A model generated the notes under the pieces. It was given only the letters and a program-made list of their open reading frames with translations, searched no databases and had not been told where the DNA came from. Below, one piece after another: positions 40,484 through 54,500 of a stretch of 55,763 nucleotides of DNA. Position 1 is the first letter of the stretch; each line of letters begins with the position of its first letter. The stretch is from Paraspadella gotoi (Eukaryota; Animalia; Chaetognatha), in assembly GCA_051294375.1 (NCBI GenBank), contig CM119270.1, positions 17,770,103-17,825,865 on the forward strand, written 5' to 3'. A program made the position numbers and the translations under genes.

Positions 40484-40837
40484 NCAGAAATTCTAATTAA
40501 TATCGAACAAATATTATACATTCTAAAAATATATTTTAGAAACGGGCTGAGAACTTGCATAATTAGCTAGTTCAATGATTCAATGATCCACAAATCCAGT
40601 ATGTATGTACCAGAATATCAAAGACCCAAAAAAAAGAGAGAGAAAAAAAACTTTAAATCAAGCATCAAATGCAAAATCTGTCGCCAAATTCAAAAGTAAT
40701 AAAAGGATTGACTTTAAAGAAACCAGTTTTTTGGGGGCAAAGACTGCATCGCGAGCGAGGAATACGAAATTCTCAGAAAAAAAGGGAAAAACAGAAAGAA
40801 AGAAAGAATAAAAGAATAAAAGAAAAAAAATGAAAAA

Positions 40838-40893
<56 letters not shown>

Positions 40894-41567
40894 AGGAAAG
40901 AAATCAAGAAATCAAGAAATCAAGAAATCAAGAAATCAAGAAAGAAAGAAATCAAAAAAGAAAGAAAGAAAACGCTTTCCCTAATTCGATGCTCATATTA
41001 TATATTAAGGAGAGGCGGGGGACTTCACCCTCATTTGCGCCGCACACATTTCGTTCCGCGCAGCCCACCCCCTCCCCCTGCTCACAGCCTTCAAACTTCC
41101 CGCCACCTCCCCCGCAGAAAAAAAGAAGCCCTGTCCTTTCTTATTAACATCTTCTAAGAGTCGGAATAATTCGATGAGGACGAGTTATGGTGTTTAGGTT
41201 CCGCGGGGACCAGATATAAACGAAGAGAGATAAGAAGAAAGAAAAAAAAAAAACTTGGTTCCTCGGAATCGCCTCTTTCTTTCTTTTTTGTTGTTTTTTT
41301 CCCTTTTTTTTTTTCTTGATATTTTCTTCATCTTTTTTCTCTCCTTCTTTTCGTTTAGCGTTTGATATTCTTCCCCGCCTTTATATATTTATATATATAT
41401 TTATATTTATATTTATATATTTATATATATATTTATATTTCCGTTCTCGTTAGAAATTTCGTCGTTTTCGTAGTCGAGACTCGCATTTTTTTTCTCCTGA
41501 AACTATCTATAATTTTTACTATTACCTATAACGTAAAAAACCTAAATAGTATTAATTTATAAGTATA

Positions 41568-41736
41568 TTGATTGATTGATTGTTTGATTGATTGATTAAT
41601 TCATTTTTTCATTGAATCATTAATTCATTGATTGATTGATTGATTAATTCATTTTTTTCATTGATTCATTCATTGATTCATTGATTCAATCATTCATTCA
41701 TTCATTCATTCATTCATTCATTCATTCATTCATTCA
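41568..41736. repeat. (ATTG)n/(ATTC)n microsatellite
   Basis: Read directly. Confidence 0.92.
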
Positions 41737-41857
41737 CTTTCCTTGCCATTTCTCATTTATCAATCGCCCCTTTTTTTTCAGCCCCACAAGTTCCGGTTTT
41801 TCTCTCTGAACCGAACGGACCCTTTGACTCCGAAACGGAACAGAGTTTTGACTCAGA

Positions 41858-41953
41858 TTGACCCCCTGACATCATGACCCGTTGATCCCTTGACCCATTG
41901 ATCTATTGACCCGTTGACCCCTTGACTTTTTTTACCCCTTGATCCTTGGACCC
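41858..41953. repeat. ~8-bp tandem repeat (TTGACCCN)
   Basis: About ten TTGACCC/TTGATCC units. Confidence 0.8.
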
Positions 41954-43001
41954 ACGATGGTGGTCGATGCGATTCGAGATTCAGGAGCGAAATTAATTTC
42001 CTCGTTTAGGTTTTTTTTTTCGCCGAAACCAAATTTATTTAACGCGGAAAAAAAATTTTGCTCTCTTTTCCGAGAGCGCCCCAATTTAATATTTAAGGTA
42101 GAAAATAAATTGTTCATTAATATATAACAATTTTAATTATAAAACATAAATTTCGGATATGTTTCGGCCTTCATCAGCACAAAAGTGAATTGTTGTATGT
42201 TAACAAATAATTTATTTTCTATTTCAAATAATTAATAGAAAAAAATAAACAAAACCTTAATATTTAATCAAAGTATATTTTAAATGTCAAAAACTAATCC
42301 TAATCCCTAATCCCAATCCCTAATTTTTAACCCAAACCTAAACCTTTAACTTAATCCTAAACCATTTTCCCTAATTTCTAATCCTAATCTTTAACTATAG
42401 ACGCTTGTCCCTTACCAAAATTTCCAACTCTAATCTTGAACAAAGTCCCTAACCGGAATCACTTCCATAATCCCTTATTCTCAAACTTTTTACCTAATCT
42501 CAAACTAAAAAATTTAAATAAATTTCTAATTTAAGATGAAATGAATCTTTCTCTGAAAATTAGTCCAATAATTTGGTGTCGACCTCTTTTGACTTTTTTT
42601 TAATTAAATCGAAAACGAATCTTTTTTTCGGTGTCGGTCCATTTGTCCGACGATCCGTCAAGTCAGTTTTTCCGTTTCTGTCCTCATTTATCTTTATCCC
42701 TTCGATCTTAGTGTTTTCATATATATATATACTATATTTTTAAACTGTTTCTGATTTCTTTTTTTTTTCTGGAATTTCTCTTGTAAATCTCAACGTTTAT
42801 ACGTAAATGTAGAATGAATTATTTTTTAAAGCCGTTCTCCTTTTTTTTGGTTTTCCTTGTATCTCTGCTGCTTTTTTTTTGGTTTTCCTTGTATCTCTCT
42901 TTTTCCTTTTCTTCTCCAAATTATTTTTCTTCTCAACCACATCCTTTGTGGAGATGGACTTCAGATCAGAAGCATCAAGGACATTCGGAATCCCAAGAGT
43001 C

Positions 43002-43046
<45 letters not shown>

Positions 43047-45195
43047 TTGACCCTTTAATTCACTTTCACCGCCTTCTTTCTCAAATCATATCTTCACAAC
43101 CTCACACTCTTCCTTTCACCTCACCTTTGCCTCTTCATTGACGTGGAAAAAAAAAAAAGAAATAAAGAAGAGGAAGAAATGAAGAAAAACAAAAAAAATA
43201 AAAATAAATGAAAAATTAATAAAGAAAAAAAAATTTCGTCTTTGTAATTGTTTCGACTCTAATCGTCTGAAATATCAATTACAGATGGTCGTCTGTTGCC
43301 TCTGTCGTCGAGGCTTTTATCTAAAAAGTTTCATAAATATCATTAAATTTAAGACGATTTAAACATTACTCTACTTATTTAAATAACTGTTAAAAGTATT
43401 TTTCTTTGTGTGAGCTAATTTCAAGTTACTGTAATTTAAAACGGCTACGAGTAAAATATTTTCTTATTTAAAAATGTAAATCACAATATTATTGGTTGTT
43501 TCCAATTTCATTATTACTTTGATAATCTTGTAATTTTTTCGTATTGTGTCACAATCNNNNNNNNNNNNNNNNNNNNNNNNNNNNNNNNNNNNNNNNNNNN
43601 NNNNNNNNNNNNNNNNNNNNNNNNNNNNNNNNNNNNNNNNNNNNNNNNNNNNNNNNNNNNNNNNNNNNNNNNNNNNNNNNNNNNNNNNNNNNNNNNNNNN
43701 NNNNNNNNNNNNNNNNNNNNNNNNNNNNNNNNNNNNNNNNNNNNNNNNNNNNNNNNNNNNNNNNNNNNNNNNNNNNNNNNNNNNNNNNNNNNNNNNNNNN
43801 NNNNNNNNNNNNNNNNNNNNNNNNNNNNNNNNNNNNNNNNNNNNNNNNNNNNNNNNNNNNNNNNNCGCGCCCACCAATGGCTCATTGCTCCTGACCGCAG
43901 GAAAGAGTCGAACACTTCGGCTCGTAAAGTGTAAGAGGTGGAAATATTTTACAGTGGTGGGCCATTTTAACGAGGGTCGACCCATCGGAATAACGGTCTG
44001 TTAATGAAGCAATAAATATCAATAAATAGCTATAAATGAGGAATATGGTGATAGCTAACATCATAACATAACATAACATCATATCATCATAACATCATAC
44101 AGTCTTGATTGAAAGCTTGCAGGGTCTGGCTAGGTTATCATCTTGTAAGAGGGATGGAGACCCTAATCTAATTAAATGAGTGGATATTTTTTACATGTAT
44201 TGCTTAGACTAATTTGATATGTAGGTATTAAATTGGTACAACCAATGTAAAAATTATCCATATATTTCGTAGCTTTTATGGTTATTATGACTTAACAATC
44301 GTAAAAACTAGAAAGAATTTTATTTATAAGATTTATTCATTGAAAAAATTTCGTTCTTCAGGACTTGGTTCCCTTTTTTGTGATATGAAAACAATTGTAA
44401 ATATTGTTTACTGTAATTACTTAATAATTATTTTTTTCTCTCTCTCTTTTCTTTTAAACGCTAGTTTGATTTTTTTTTACTGAATCAACCTAGTTGTATT
44501 TGATTAAAAATACTTATATTCAATAAATAAGCTACCTTGTCCCGTACGGGATGGAAGCCGATAAAATGTGGGAAATGAATTGAGCGAAATGCGGCGGTTG
44601 TGGTCTCGTTGGTGGTTGTGGTTGTGGTGATTTGGGAGTGGTTGTGGCGGAGGCGAAGGCTGAGAATGTGGGCGTGGCGACGAATTCCGGAAATGGAACG
44701 AGTTGAAAGCGAAAACGGAAATCTCGACGAAATTGGGTGAGTTGAGGAGGAGGAGGAGGAGGAGGAGGAGGAGGAGGAGGAGAAAGGAGGAAAGGAAAGG
44801 TTTCGGGTTACGTGAAGGACTGGAGAGGAACTGGTGAGAGAAGTGTATTATTTCCATCTTTAGAGGAAACGAAAAAAAAGAATGGAAATGTGAGTGTCTG
44901 ACGGATGTAATGGGGGAGATTTTTCCGGATGTAATTTTGAAAAAGGCAAAAAGATGATGACCGTCTTCGGAGGGGAGGTTCGTGAGCCGAGTGTTTTACC
45001 TTTGGAATCTCGAACGGATGTCGACTGAATTCTTAACCTTATGACCTCAGTTTATCCAGTTTATTTTGCTTTATACAAGAGAGCGAGGGGGAGAGAGAGA
45101 GAGAGAGGAAGAGAGGGGAGAGAGAGAGAGAGAGAGACGGAGACTTTTCATGTGGAAAAGCCTGAAAAAGCTCTAAGCCGTCGTTTCTAGATATC

Positions 45196-45234
<39 letters not shown>

Positions 45235-45364
45235 AGAGAAGAGAAAAGATGGGAAAAACGTGTAGAGATAAGTGAGTGAGAAGAGGAAAGGAAAGAGAAG
45301 GAGGAAAAAAATAGAAAAGAACTGTAAGAATCTTATAACAAGGATAAGAAATATATATAATAAG

Positions 45365-45716
45365 AAGAAAAAAAGAAAAGAAAAAAATGAAAAGAAAAGA
45401 AAAGAAAAGAAAAGAAAAGAAAAGAAAAGAAAAGAAAAGAAAAGAAAAGAAAAGAAAGGAAAATAAAAGAAAAGAAATAAAAAGAAAATAAATAAAAAGA
45501 AAACAAGAGAAGAAAAATAAAATTAAAAAAAGCAAATAAATAAAAAGAAAAGAAAATAAATAAAGAAAAGAAAAGAAAATAAAAGAAAAGAAAAAAAATA
45601 AAACAAAACAAAACAAATAAAAAGAAAAGAAAAGAAAAGAAATAAAAACAAAAGAAAAGAAAGGAAAAGAAAAGAAAATAAAAGAGAAAAGAAATAAAAA
45701 GAAAAGAAAACAAACA

Positions 45717-45747
<31 letters not shown>

Positions 45748-45780
45748 GAGAAAAGAAAAAAAAAGGAAAGAAAAGAAAGA
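45365..45780. repeat. (AAAAG)n purine microsatellite tract
   Basis: Read directly. Confidence 0.92.
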
Positions 45781-45895
45781 TCGAAAGAGAGGAACGACAA
45801 CAGTCCTTCGTTTAGGCGGCAGAAATTGAGCGCGGTGATAAAATAAAACTAGCCCCATTTNNNNNNNNNNNNNNNNNNNNNNNNNAAGACGAGAT

Positions 45896-47240
45896 GATGC
45901 TCTTCATTGGACGTGGAAAAAAAGAAATAAGAAGAGGAAGAAATGAAGAAAAACAAAAAAATTACAAATAATGAACAAATTAATAAAGAAAAAAATTTCG
46001 TCTTTGTATTGTTTCGCCGACTCTAATGTTCGAAATACAATCTACACGATGTCGTATGTCTGTCTGTCGCGACGCGTTTATCTAAAAATCAGTAAATTCA
46101 TAATTTAAGACGATAAACATAGCGCACTTATTTGAGAATAACTGTAAAGTTATTTTCTTGTGGTGAGCTAATTTCAAGTTCTTGTACATTAAACGTAGAG
46201 TAAAAACTTTCTTATGTAAAAATGCCTAATCTCACATACTATTACTGGTTTTCATATCTATATATTTCTGTATAATTCTTGTAATTTTTTAGTAATGTGT
46301 CCAACAATCTAACAATCCCATCTTTTATTTTACGCCTAATCGAGCAACGAGCAAACTCTCTTTTTAGACTCAAAAAGAAAAGCAATCGAAATCTGAATGG
46401 AAACTCTCTCTCTTTTCTTCTCTTTCTCCTCTCTCATCGGGGTCTCTCTCTCTTCTCTCTTTCCTCGCCCTACTTCTCAGCTTCCAATGAGGCTGAAACC
46501 ACAGCATTAGAGCTCCAAAACCCGTCACTTATCCCGATTCAGATGGAGCGAAACATGCCTCTCTTCTCATCCTCATCTCTCTTCTCGTCTCTCTCTCTCT
46601 CTCTCTCTCTCGAGTCTCCAGGGAAAGTGTGTCAGTGAATCGTCATCAATAACCGGTTAACCTGCGGCTCGAACGGCGCCCGACGCCCACCAATGGCTCA
46701 TTGCCCTGACCTAGAAAGGGAGTCGACACTTCAGCTTCGTAAATGTGTAAGGAGGTGGAAACTATTTTTACAGTGGTGGGCATTTAAACGAGGGTCGACC
46801 CATCTGAATAACGGCTCACGTTCATGAAGGTCAATAATACTCAATGAATAGCTATAAATGAGCGAGTAGGTGATAGCTACATCATAACATAACATAACTC
46901 ATATCATCATATACATCAAATACGAGTCTTGATTGAAAGGCTTGCAAGGGTCTGGCTAGGTTTATCATCTTGTAAGAGGGATGGGAGACCCTAATGCTAA
47001 TTAAATGAGTCGGATATTTTTTACAATGTATTGCGTAGACTCAATTTTGATATTATGGTATTAAACTTGGCTACAACCAATGTAAAATTCCATATATTCG
47101 CTTAGCTTTTACTGGTTATTATGACTTAAACAACGTAAACCTAGAAAGAATTTTATTATAAGATTTACGAGTGACCAAAATTGTCGCTTTCTTCAGGACT
47201 TGGTTCCTTATTTGTGATATGAAACATTTGTAAATATTGT
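45896..47240 (+). other. Noisy copy of ~43130-44410 that spans the 43557-43865 gap
   Basis: Anchors CTCTTCATTG(G)ACGTGGAAAA (43131/45900), CGCCCACCAATGGCTCATTGC (43868/46684) and CTTCAGGACTTGGTTCC (44356/47191). Confidence 0.9.
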
Positions 47241-49532
47241 TTTGTTTAACGGGTCTGTGGGCCCTCAATAGATTACGGATAGGCGAGCGTAAGATATATA
47301 CAATAATTGTCTGTCTTTCTACATTCTCTTGAAGTTACCTGAAATAATTCGCGCTAGACTTCGCCCTAATGAGTGTGTATTAGAAAATTAACCAGTGATA
47401 AAATATGTTTGCGATCCTTAATCCTTGAGATCTAAATATGAACTGTATTCAAATCGTTCTGGGCTCCTTCCTCGTCTCTCTTGTCCTTTGTTTATTCTAC
47501 TTAGCCGACCAAATAGTTTACAAAAATAGGCGGCGAGTTCCTGGAATGGCTACCAACATTGAAATGCTTTGGAACTGAGAATAATTTAGAGAGACAAAAT
47601 TCTGCGAAACGAAGGGAGTTAATTACTAAATGTTGAGGGAGCGTGAATTAATATTACTGAAAACAGTCTCCGCCAAACAAAAATTGGTTGAAATGGCAAA
47701 ATAGATGAGGTATAGCTAAACAGTGAGTACAAATGATCACATGTAGGCAGTAGACAAAAATCTTAATAGTTATAAGAGTATTACATCCCGCGCATCTCAA
47801 CATTATAAGCCTAAAATTGGAGGAAATAAGTAAATTAAGGACAAAAAATATCTGCGCTGCATCTAATATGAAAAAACGTAAAAAAAAATAAAAATGTTTT
47901 GAAATAAGTGACATCGAAACTTGGCCGCCCAAAACATTTTGAGAATAAAATGTAAAATCTAATTATATACATATATATTGGGAACCATATGAAACAAACA
48001 TCAAACAAACATTCCACGCAATATGGCACGTATCTTCAGGAAATCTATTTTTGATCTATGTTTTCGATAACTTTTCTCAAAACATAAATCGAATTTAATC
48101 GACTCCCTACAAACATAAACAAAACATTTCACCAAACATTCTCGCCAATATCGATCGTCTCATATCGTTCGGATCATTCTTGCTCTTCCTCTGGCACGGA
48201 GTCGAAATGGGTAGTGTGACGGATAAGTTCAGTACCTCTTCGAAAGTGCGCAAAATTAGTAAATTAACGTACCGGATTTTCAATAAGCAATTAAATCGTA
48301 TTTCAATAATTTAAATTTAAAATTCAAAAACAGTGCCGGCAACCTCAGTTTTACTGAGAGTCGCAGAGAGCCGCATGTCCTTTTAACAGTGAAAGGGTAA
48401 GAGACTCAAAGGATCCCTTTAACCGTAAGACTTATTTCTCGCCAAGTGCGGGTTTTCTTAAGTTAAAGTAAAATATAAAGTATTATTCTGTAAAATATTT
48501 TCGTAAACACTAATGCAGAAATTTGTTTCGTTTCGCCTGCGGCGCATTATTACCACCTGCCTCCGCCAAATCTAGGCTGGAAATATGGCGAAAATCATGT
48601 TCCATGGTCATTCCTTGTTGCAATTTCGAATGTCTGTCCTGGATTGTCATTGCATCGTCGCCCTCAATGTCGTCATTGATGTCGGTAAGCCAGAAAGGCT
48701 GCAAATTATTCAGTGCCAAAAAATGCAAAAATCAACGTTAAGTCGAAATGAAAGAGTTGCGACAGATTCGTGCAAAGCAGCTTATTTTGAAGTTAGAAGG
48801 TGCAAAAAATTTACTGATTTAGGGTCGTAGTTCCAAGTTCGCTGTCGGTTCCTGTACCTCGTCTGCCAATCATTGCAACAAGAATAAGAAAGCGTCCGTC
48901 GCGCTGGCACAGCGCAATCGAAAAACCAAATCGCGGACATCGAAGCTCATCCAAAGTTTAAAGGTAAACCCATTCGAAATGTTATTTCAATCGTAAACAC
49001 CGTCTTATTTAGGTCTATAATTAATTAATTGATCCATAATTAATATTCAATTTCTAATTTGTCAACCTATTATCCTCAGTCGGTTGACTTCGATCGGCCA
49101 ACATGACAACATGCATGTTTTCATTCCTCAATTCGTTTCATCATTTATCAAATATTATCGTTATTAAACGATTTGAATTAACTTGAATATATTAATTTTA
49201 ATTTTGCCGCTTTCGATCGATCAACTTAAAGTCAATAGTTCCTACGAGATTAGCTTAACTCCCCACATTTCTTACAAATCGGGTCGTTCTGGAATTGCTG
49301 ATCAGTCATCCGCAAGAACAGCAGATGCCGGTCGACGAAGTTCCGCTAAAACTGTGCGTATTCCTTGAGTATTCAGCGTGTAATTTGTCCACATTGTCCA
49401 ACCTTTCACAGCGCTGGCTTGCACTCGAGCCATTACATTTCAATAATAGATTCGTTTAAATTCAGTTAATTAGCATTTGCGCGCATCTCCAGAAATCGAA
49501 ATAAACGAGTGAGGCGACTTACGATCGATCGC

Positions 49533-49611
<79 letters not shown>

Positions 49612-50844
49612 GAAAGAGAGAGTGAAATTAAAATAAAAACAGAGACTGATGAGTCGTGAGGGAGCGATTGAAAAGACGAAATTTCAACGGAGAAAAAGCT
49701 TTCTCCCGATTGGCGAAGAGACATAGTGAGCCGATGGGGAAGAAAAACGCTGCACAATTTGAGGATTTAAATCTTCAAAATGCATAACAGAAACAATATC
49801 AGGGGTTTGTAGTCATTTTTCAAAACTTCTGACGTTATAATCAACATTGTATTAACGTTAATTTTTTCATTTTGTTCCCTAAATCGATAACATTAAAACA
49901 TAATCAGCAGCACATAATCAGTTAATTACCCAGTACATTACTCAATAAGATTCTTTTTTTAAAACTTCCCAATCTGCCACTTNNNNNNNNNNNNNNNNNN
50001 NNNNNNNNNNNNNNNNNNNNNNNNNNNNNNNNNNNNNNNNNNNNNNNNNNNNNNNNNNNNNNNNNNNNNNNNNNNNNNNNNNNNNNNNNNNNNNNNNNNN
50101 NNNNNNNNNNNNNNNNNNNNNNNNNNNNNNNNNNNNNNNNNNNNNNNNNNNNNNNNNNNNNNNNNNNNNNNNNNNNNNNNNNNNNNNNNAGAAAACGACA
50201 TAATGACACAATGACATAAATGACATAAAGATGAAGAAAACTTATAATTTTCGATAGTTAATCCTTTTTTAGATTATTAAAACATACAATAAAAAATTAC
50301 ACGAAACTTTCAGTAAGTTTATAAATGTACTTATTTCAAGAAAATAAATGTAGAAAAAAAAACAAATAACTAATGCTTAAAGTTAACAGTAGTCATTCTA
50401 GACTATACAACTAAACACATTGCTACAGTTAAAAAAACCATTTAAGATAAACCTTAAAAATCAATAAATGCAATATGTAAATGAGATTAATGTACTTCTC
50501 AAACGAAATGCTGGATGCGGGAAAAGAATCGAAAAACAAATTCGAAAATCGAGAAAAACGACATTCAGACGCACCGCTTTTCTTTTGTTTTTCATCTCTT
50601 TCTCTCTCTCTCTCTCTCTNNNNNNNNNNNNNNNNNNNNNNNNNNNNNNNNNNNNNNNNNNNNNNNNNNNNNNNNNNNNNNNNNNNNNNNNNNNNNNNNN
50701 NNNNNNNNNNNNNNNNNNNNNNNNNNNNNNNNNNNNNNNNNNNNNNNNNNNNNNNNNNNNNNNNNNNNNNNNNNNNNNNNNNNNNNNNNNNNNNNNNNNN
50801 NNNNNNNNNNNNNNNNNNNNNNNNNNNNNNNNNNNNNNNNNNNN

Positions 50845-50992
50845 TTCTTCGATTTCGCCGTCGGCCGCTAGAGTCCCGAGCGGCGCCACCGGTTCCGGTT
50901 CCGATTCGGCCTCCACCGCGCCGCTTTCTCCGCCCACCTTCTCTTCGATGCCACTCCGGCTTCGTCATAAAGACGAGGCCTTAACCAAGTAA
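50845..50992 (+). CDS. Candidate exon 3' part, Ser/Pro/Ala-rich, ending PLSPPTFSSMPLRLRHKDEALTK
   Basis: GC-rich island with many TCG/CCG/GCC codons, open from the gap to TAA at 50990-50992 (or donor AA|GTAATC). MPLRLRHK resembles the LP(L/H)KLR(H/I)K motif of vrille/NFIL3 as I recall it; no bZIP domain is visible. Confidence 0.35.
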
Positions 50993-51234
50993 TCATTTGA
51001 CTCACCCCGTTTCGATTTCCCACTATTTTTTATCCATAATTCCCTCAACGGCACCTAACCTTCCTTACTTTCACCTACTGTAGTGACCCACCTGTTGCAT
51101 CTCGCTCTGATCGCCACTCAGTCTTATGCATAAGATTGGTGGTGAGATCTGTCCGCTAAAACAAGTTGGACAGGCCCGACTATGGATAGCAGTTTCTCTC
51201 TTTTCCATCTAGTACCATGGAGGAGGGAGGAACG

Positions 51235-51295
51235 TAGGGTGCTCGCGCGCGGAGTGGACGCGCGCGCGGGGAGGAGGGGGGCGTGGTTGCCCCTC
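51235..51295. promoter_or_regulatory. CpG/GC-rich patch with an Sp/KLF-type GGGGCGTGG site
   Basis: Two (CG)n runs and GGGGGCGTGG in an AT-rich background. Confidence 0.25.
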
Positions 51296-51526
51296 GTTTT
51301 GTATTGATTTCTAGGTCTGAAGAAATCCGTTTCCGTTTCCCCTGTGGATCACAAAGAGAACGGGGAAAATGGTTCCCGTCGTTCGTGGTTGTTGTTAAGT
51401 GTTTCTTCACGCGTTACCCGTTCCAGATTTCTCCACAAGTCATCTCTCCGTGGTGAAAACGCTTCAGGGAGATCATCGGTCACATCATGCAATCATTCAT
51501 TATGCTGGATATCTCTCTCTCCTCTC

Positions 51527-51582
<56 letters not shown>

Positions 51583-54500
51583 CTCTCTCTCCCTCTCCAT
51601 TCCCCGATTCACTTCTTTGCTCTCTTTTTATGTTCTGTTGAACTGTCGATCTTATCGGCTTGTCGATGCCTTTTCCCTTGCTTTAATTTGTTCTCTTTAT
51701 TTTTCTCATTTTTCGTTTTAAAATTGTTTCCTATGTTCTAAACTGTTGTAATTATTTGCTCTCGGAAGCATAGCTTATCAAATTTAATAATTGATGATAA
51801 ATGTCCTTCCCGTTTGTTCGTTCAGTTTTAAAACAACGCCTATGAGTTTGATATTTATTCTAACTTGCTTTTTTTTCTATATTCTTTTGCGACAGTTGGT
51901 TAATTTCGACCAAGGCAATTTAACCTCTCATTTTTTATTTTAAACAACAAACAAACAAAAACCACATTCATTGTTTTTGTTTATTATTTTCCGCGCCGCG
52001 GGCTAATTCAAATGTTCCTCTTCCCTAACCCCGTTAACTTTCCCTTTTAATCGCTTTACCCAACCTAACTCTCGAGATATCTAATCCACGATTATTTAGA
52101 AATTATTTTTTTTCCTCCTATTTTTAAAATTTTTTTTTCTCCCCATGAATAATTCAGAGAGAAAGGTTTTTTTTTCTAACGCTGGTCTTTATCTCGGCGA
52201 CGGTCACTTTACGGTGGAGAGTGGAACTCCAGTTGTTGTTGTTCTCGTCGTCGTCGTCGTCGTCGACGTCAACGTCATCTTTGTCCTAATCGTCGTCGTC
52301 GTCGTCGTCGTCCTTGTTTTCTCCTTGCTTCTTTTGTCATTGAAATTAAATCGAAAAAGTAGGTTCTTCGAAAATGTAAATTAGGTGGGAAAGGGAGAGG
52401 GAGACAACAGTTGAGAGAGAGAGAGAGAGAAGGAGAGAGAGAGAGAACTTTGTCGACGACAACATTGCATCTTTACTTTGCCAGCAGCGCCAGTATGTAG
52501 ACAACAAGCGAAACTAAACTATTATAAACTGCTACTACTCTATAACCGTAGTACTAGCATTAGTGTAATACAACTACTTACACTCTAGTCTCAAATTCTG
52601 AAAAACAAAAAAAAAGTACAAAGGAAGAAAATATAGAATGGGAGCTTAAATTGATGAGAAATAGAAAAAGAAAAATGAAAAAGAAAAAGAAAAAGAAACT
52701 GCTCGATTAAGGAGGTGGGTCGGAAGTTTTCCCTCTCTCTCTCTCTCTCTCTCTCTNNNNNNNNNNNNNNNNNNNNNNNNNNNNNNNNNNNNNNNNNNNN
52801 NNNNNNNNNNNNNNNNNNNNNNNNNNNNNNNNNNNNNNNNNNNNNNNNNNNNNNNNNNNNNNNNNNNNNNNNNNNNNNNNNNNNNNNNNNNNNNNNNNNN
52901 NNNNNNNNNNNCAGTTTATACGTTTGTAATGAATACCATTTCCCTCACTTGAGAAGGCGAATACAGGGTTTTCCCCATCGCTACTCATTTTGAATCAAGA
53001 TCGATTCTGCTTTTCCACCTCTTCTTCCTCACCTCTGCATAGACTGCAAGCTGACCTTTTTTTCATTTTATTTTTATCTTAACTTTTCTTAACTTCACTT
53101 TGGAACCTTTCCATTTATTTTAATCCTCCGGTATAGTATAAAAGGCGGTTATTATTTGAAAATCCTATATAATTCATTTACGAGAGAGATAATAGTAATA
53201 TTATTTTTTTTTATTAAAAATGAAAATTAACGAACGACAAATTCTTGTAACTTTAGCCATTAAAACTAAAATTAAATACATTTTTATTTTTTTCNNNNNN
53301 NNNNNNNNNNNNNNNNNNNNNNNNNNNNNNNNNNNNNNNNNNNNNNNNNNNNNNNNNNNNNNNNNNNNNNNNNNNNNNNNNNNNNNNNNNNNNNNNNNNN
53401 NNNNNNNNNNNNNNNNNNNNNNNNNNNNNNNNNNNNNNNNNNNNNNNNNNNNNNNNNNNNNNNNNNNNNNNNNNNNNNNNNNNNNNNNNNNNNNNNNNNN
53501 NNNNNNNNNNNNNNNNNNNNNNNNNNNNNNNNNNNNNNNNNNNNNNNNNNNNNNNNNNNNNNNNNNNNNNNNNNNNNNNNNNNNNNNNNNNNNNNNNNNN
53601 NNNNNNNNNNNNNNNNNNNNNNNNNNNNNNNNNNNNNNNNNNNNNNNNNNNNNNNNNNNNNNNNNNNNNNNNNNNNNNNNNNNNNNNNNNNNNNNNNNNN
53701 NNNNNNNNNNNNNNNNNNNNNNNNNNNNNNNNNNNNNNNNNNNNNNNNNNNNNNNNNNNNNNNNNNNNNNNNNNNNNNNNNNNNNNNNNNNNNNNNNNNN
53801 NNNNNNNNNNNNNNNNNNNNNNNNNNNNNNNNNNNNNNNNNNNNNNNNNNNNNNNNNNNNNNNNNNNNNNNNNNNNNNNNNNNNNNNNNNNNNTGCAGAA
53901 GCGAGACAGAAGCATAAAAGTGAAATAGAAAGGGAAAAGTGAGGCAGAATGGGAGAAGTGAGGCCGAATGGGAGAAGTGATACAATAAACAAGAAGGAAA
54001 AAAAGTTAAAATTGATGTTTAGAGGCGAAAAGATGAAGAAATTAGAGAAACAATTTGGAAAATATTAAATATTAAATGTTAAATATTAATTTATAAAGAG
54101 GAAAGAATATGATACGAAGAACGAAAGGGAAAAATAAAATAAGGGGAAAAAAATAAGTAACTTGAAATTTAAATGGGAAAGAAAAAAGGTGAAAAAATTG
54201 AAGTGAAAAGAAAAAGTAAATTAGAAAATAGGAAAAAAAAAGAGATTTTGTGGTTTTTGTATCGAACACGAAATAAACGATCTTTCCGGTTGGGAATTTC
54301 GCAAGGTTGTCGTCGTCATCGTCGTCGTTGTTGTCGTCGTTGTTGTCGTCGTCGTTGTCGTTATTGTTGTTGTTGTAGCTTATTTTTATATCGTAGTGCT
54401 CTTTTCAGTTTCTCACACTGTGCAGTGCTGTTGTTGTTGTTGTTGTTTTTGTCGTTGCTGTAGTCAGGATTTCTCTTCCCCACCCAAAAAAATGTACTAT

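Noticed and set aside
52190-52222. YLGDGHFTVES resembles the DPH1 motif YLGDGRFHLES
   Set aside because: No good splice acceptor, the similarity does not extend, and the frame runs into a (GTC)n repeat; probably chance.
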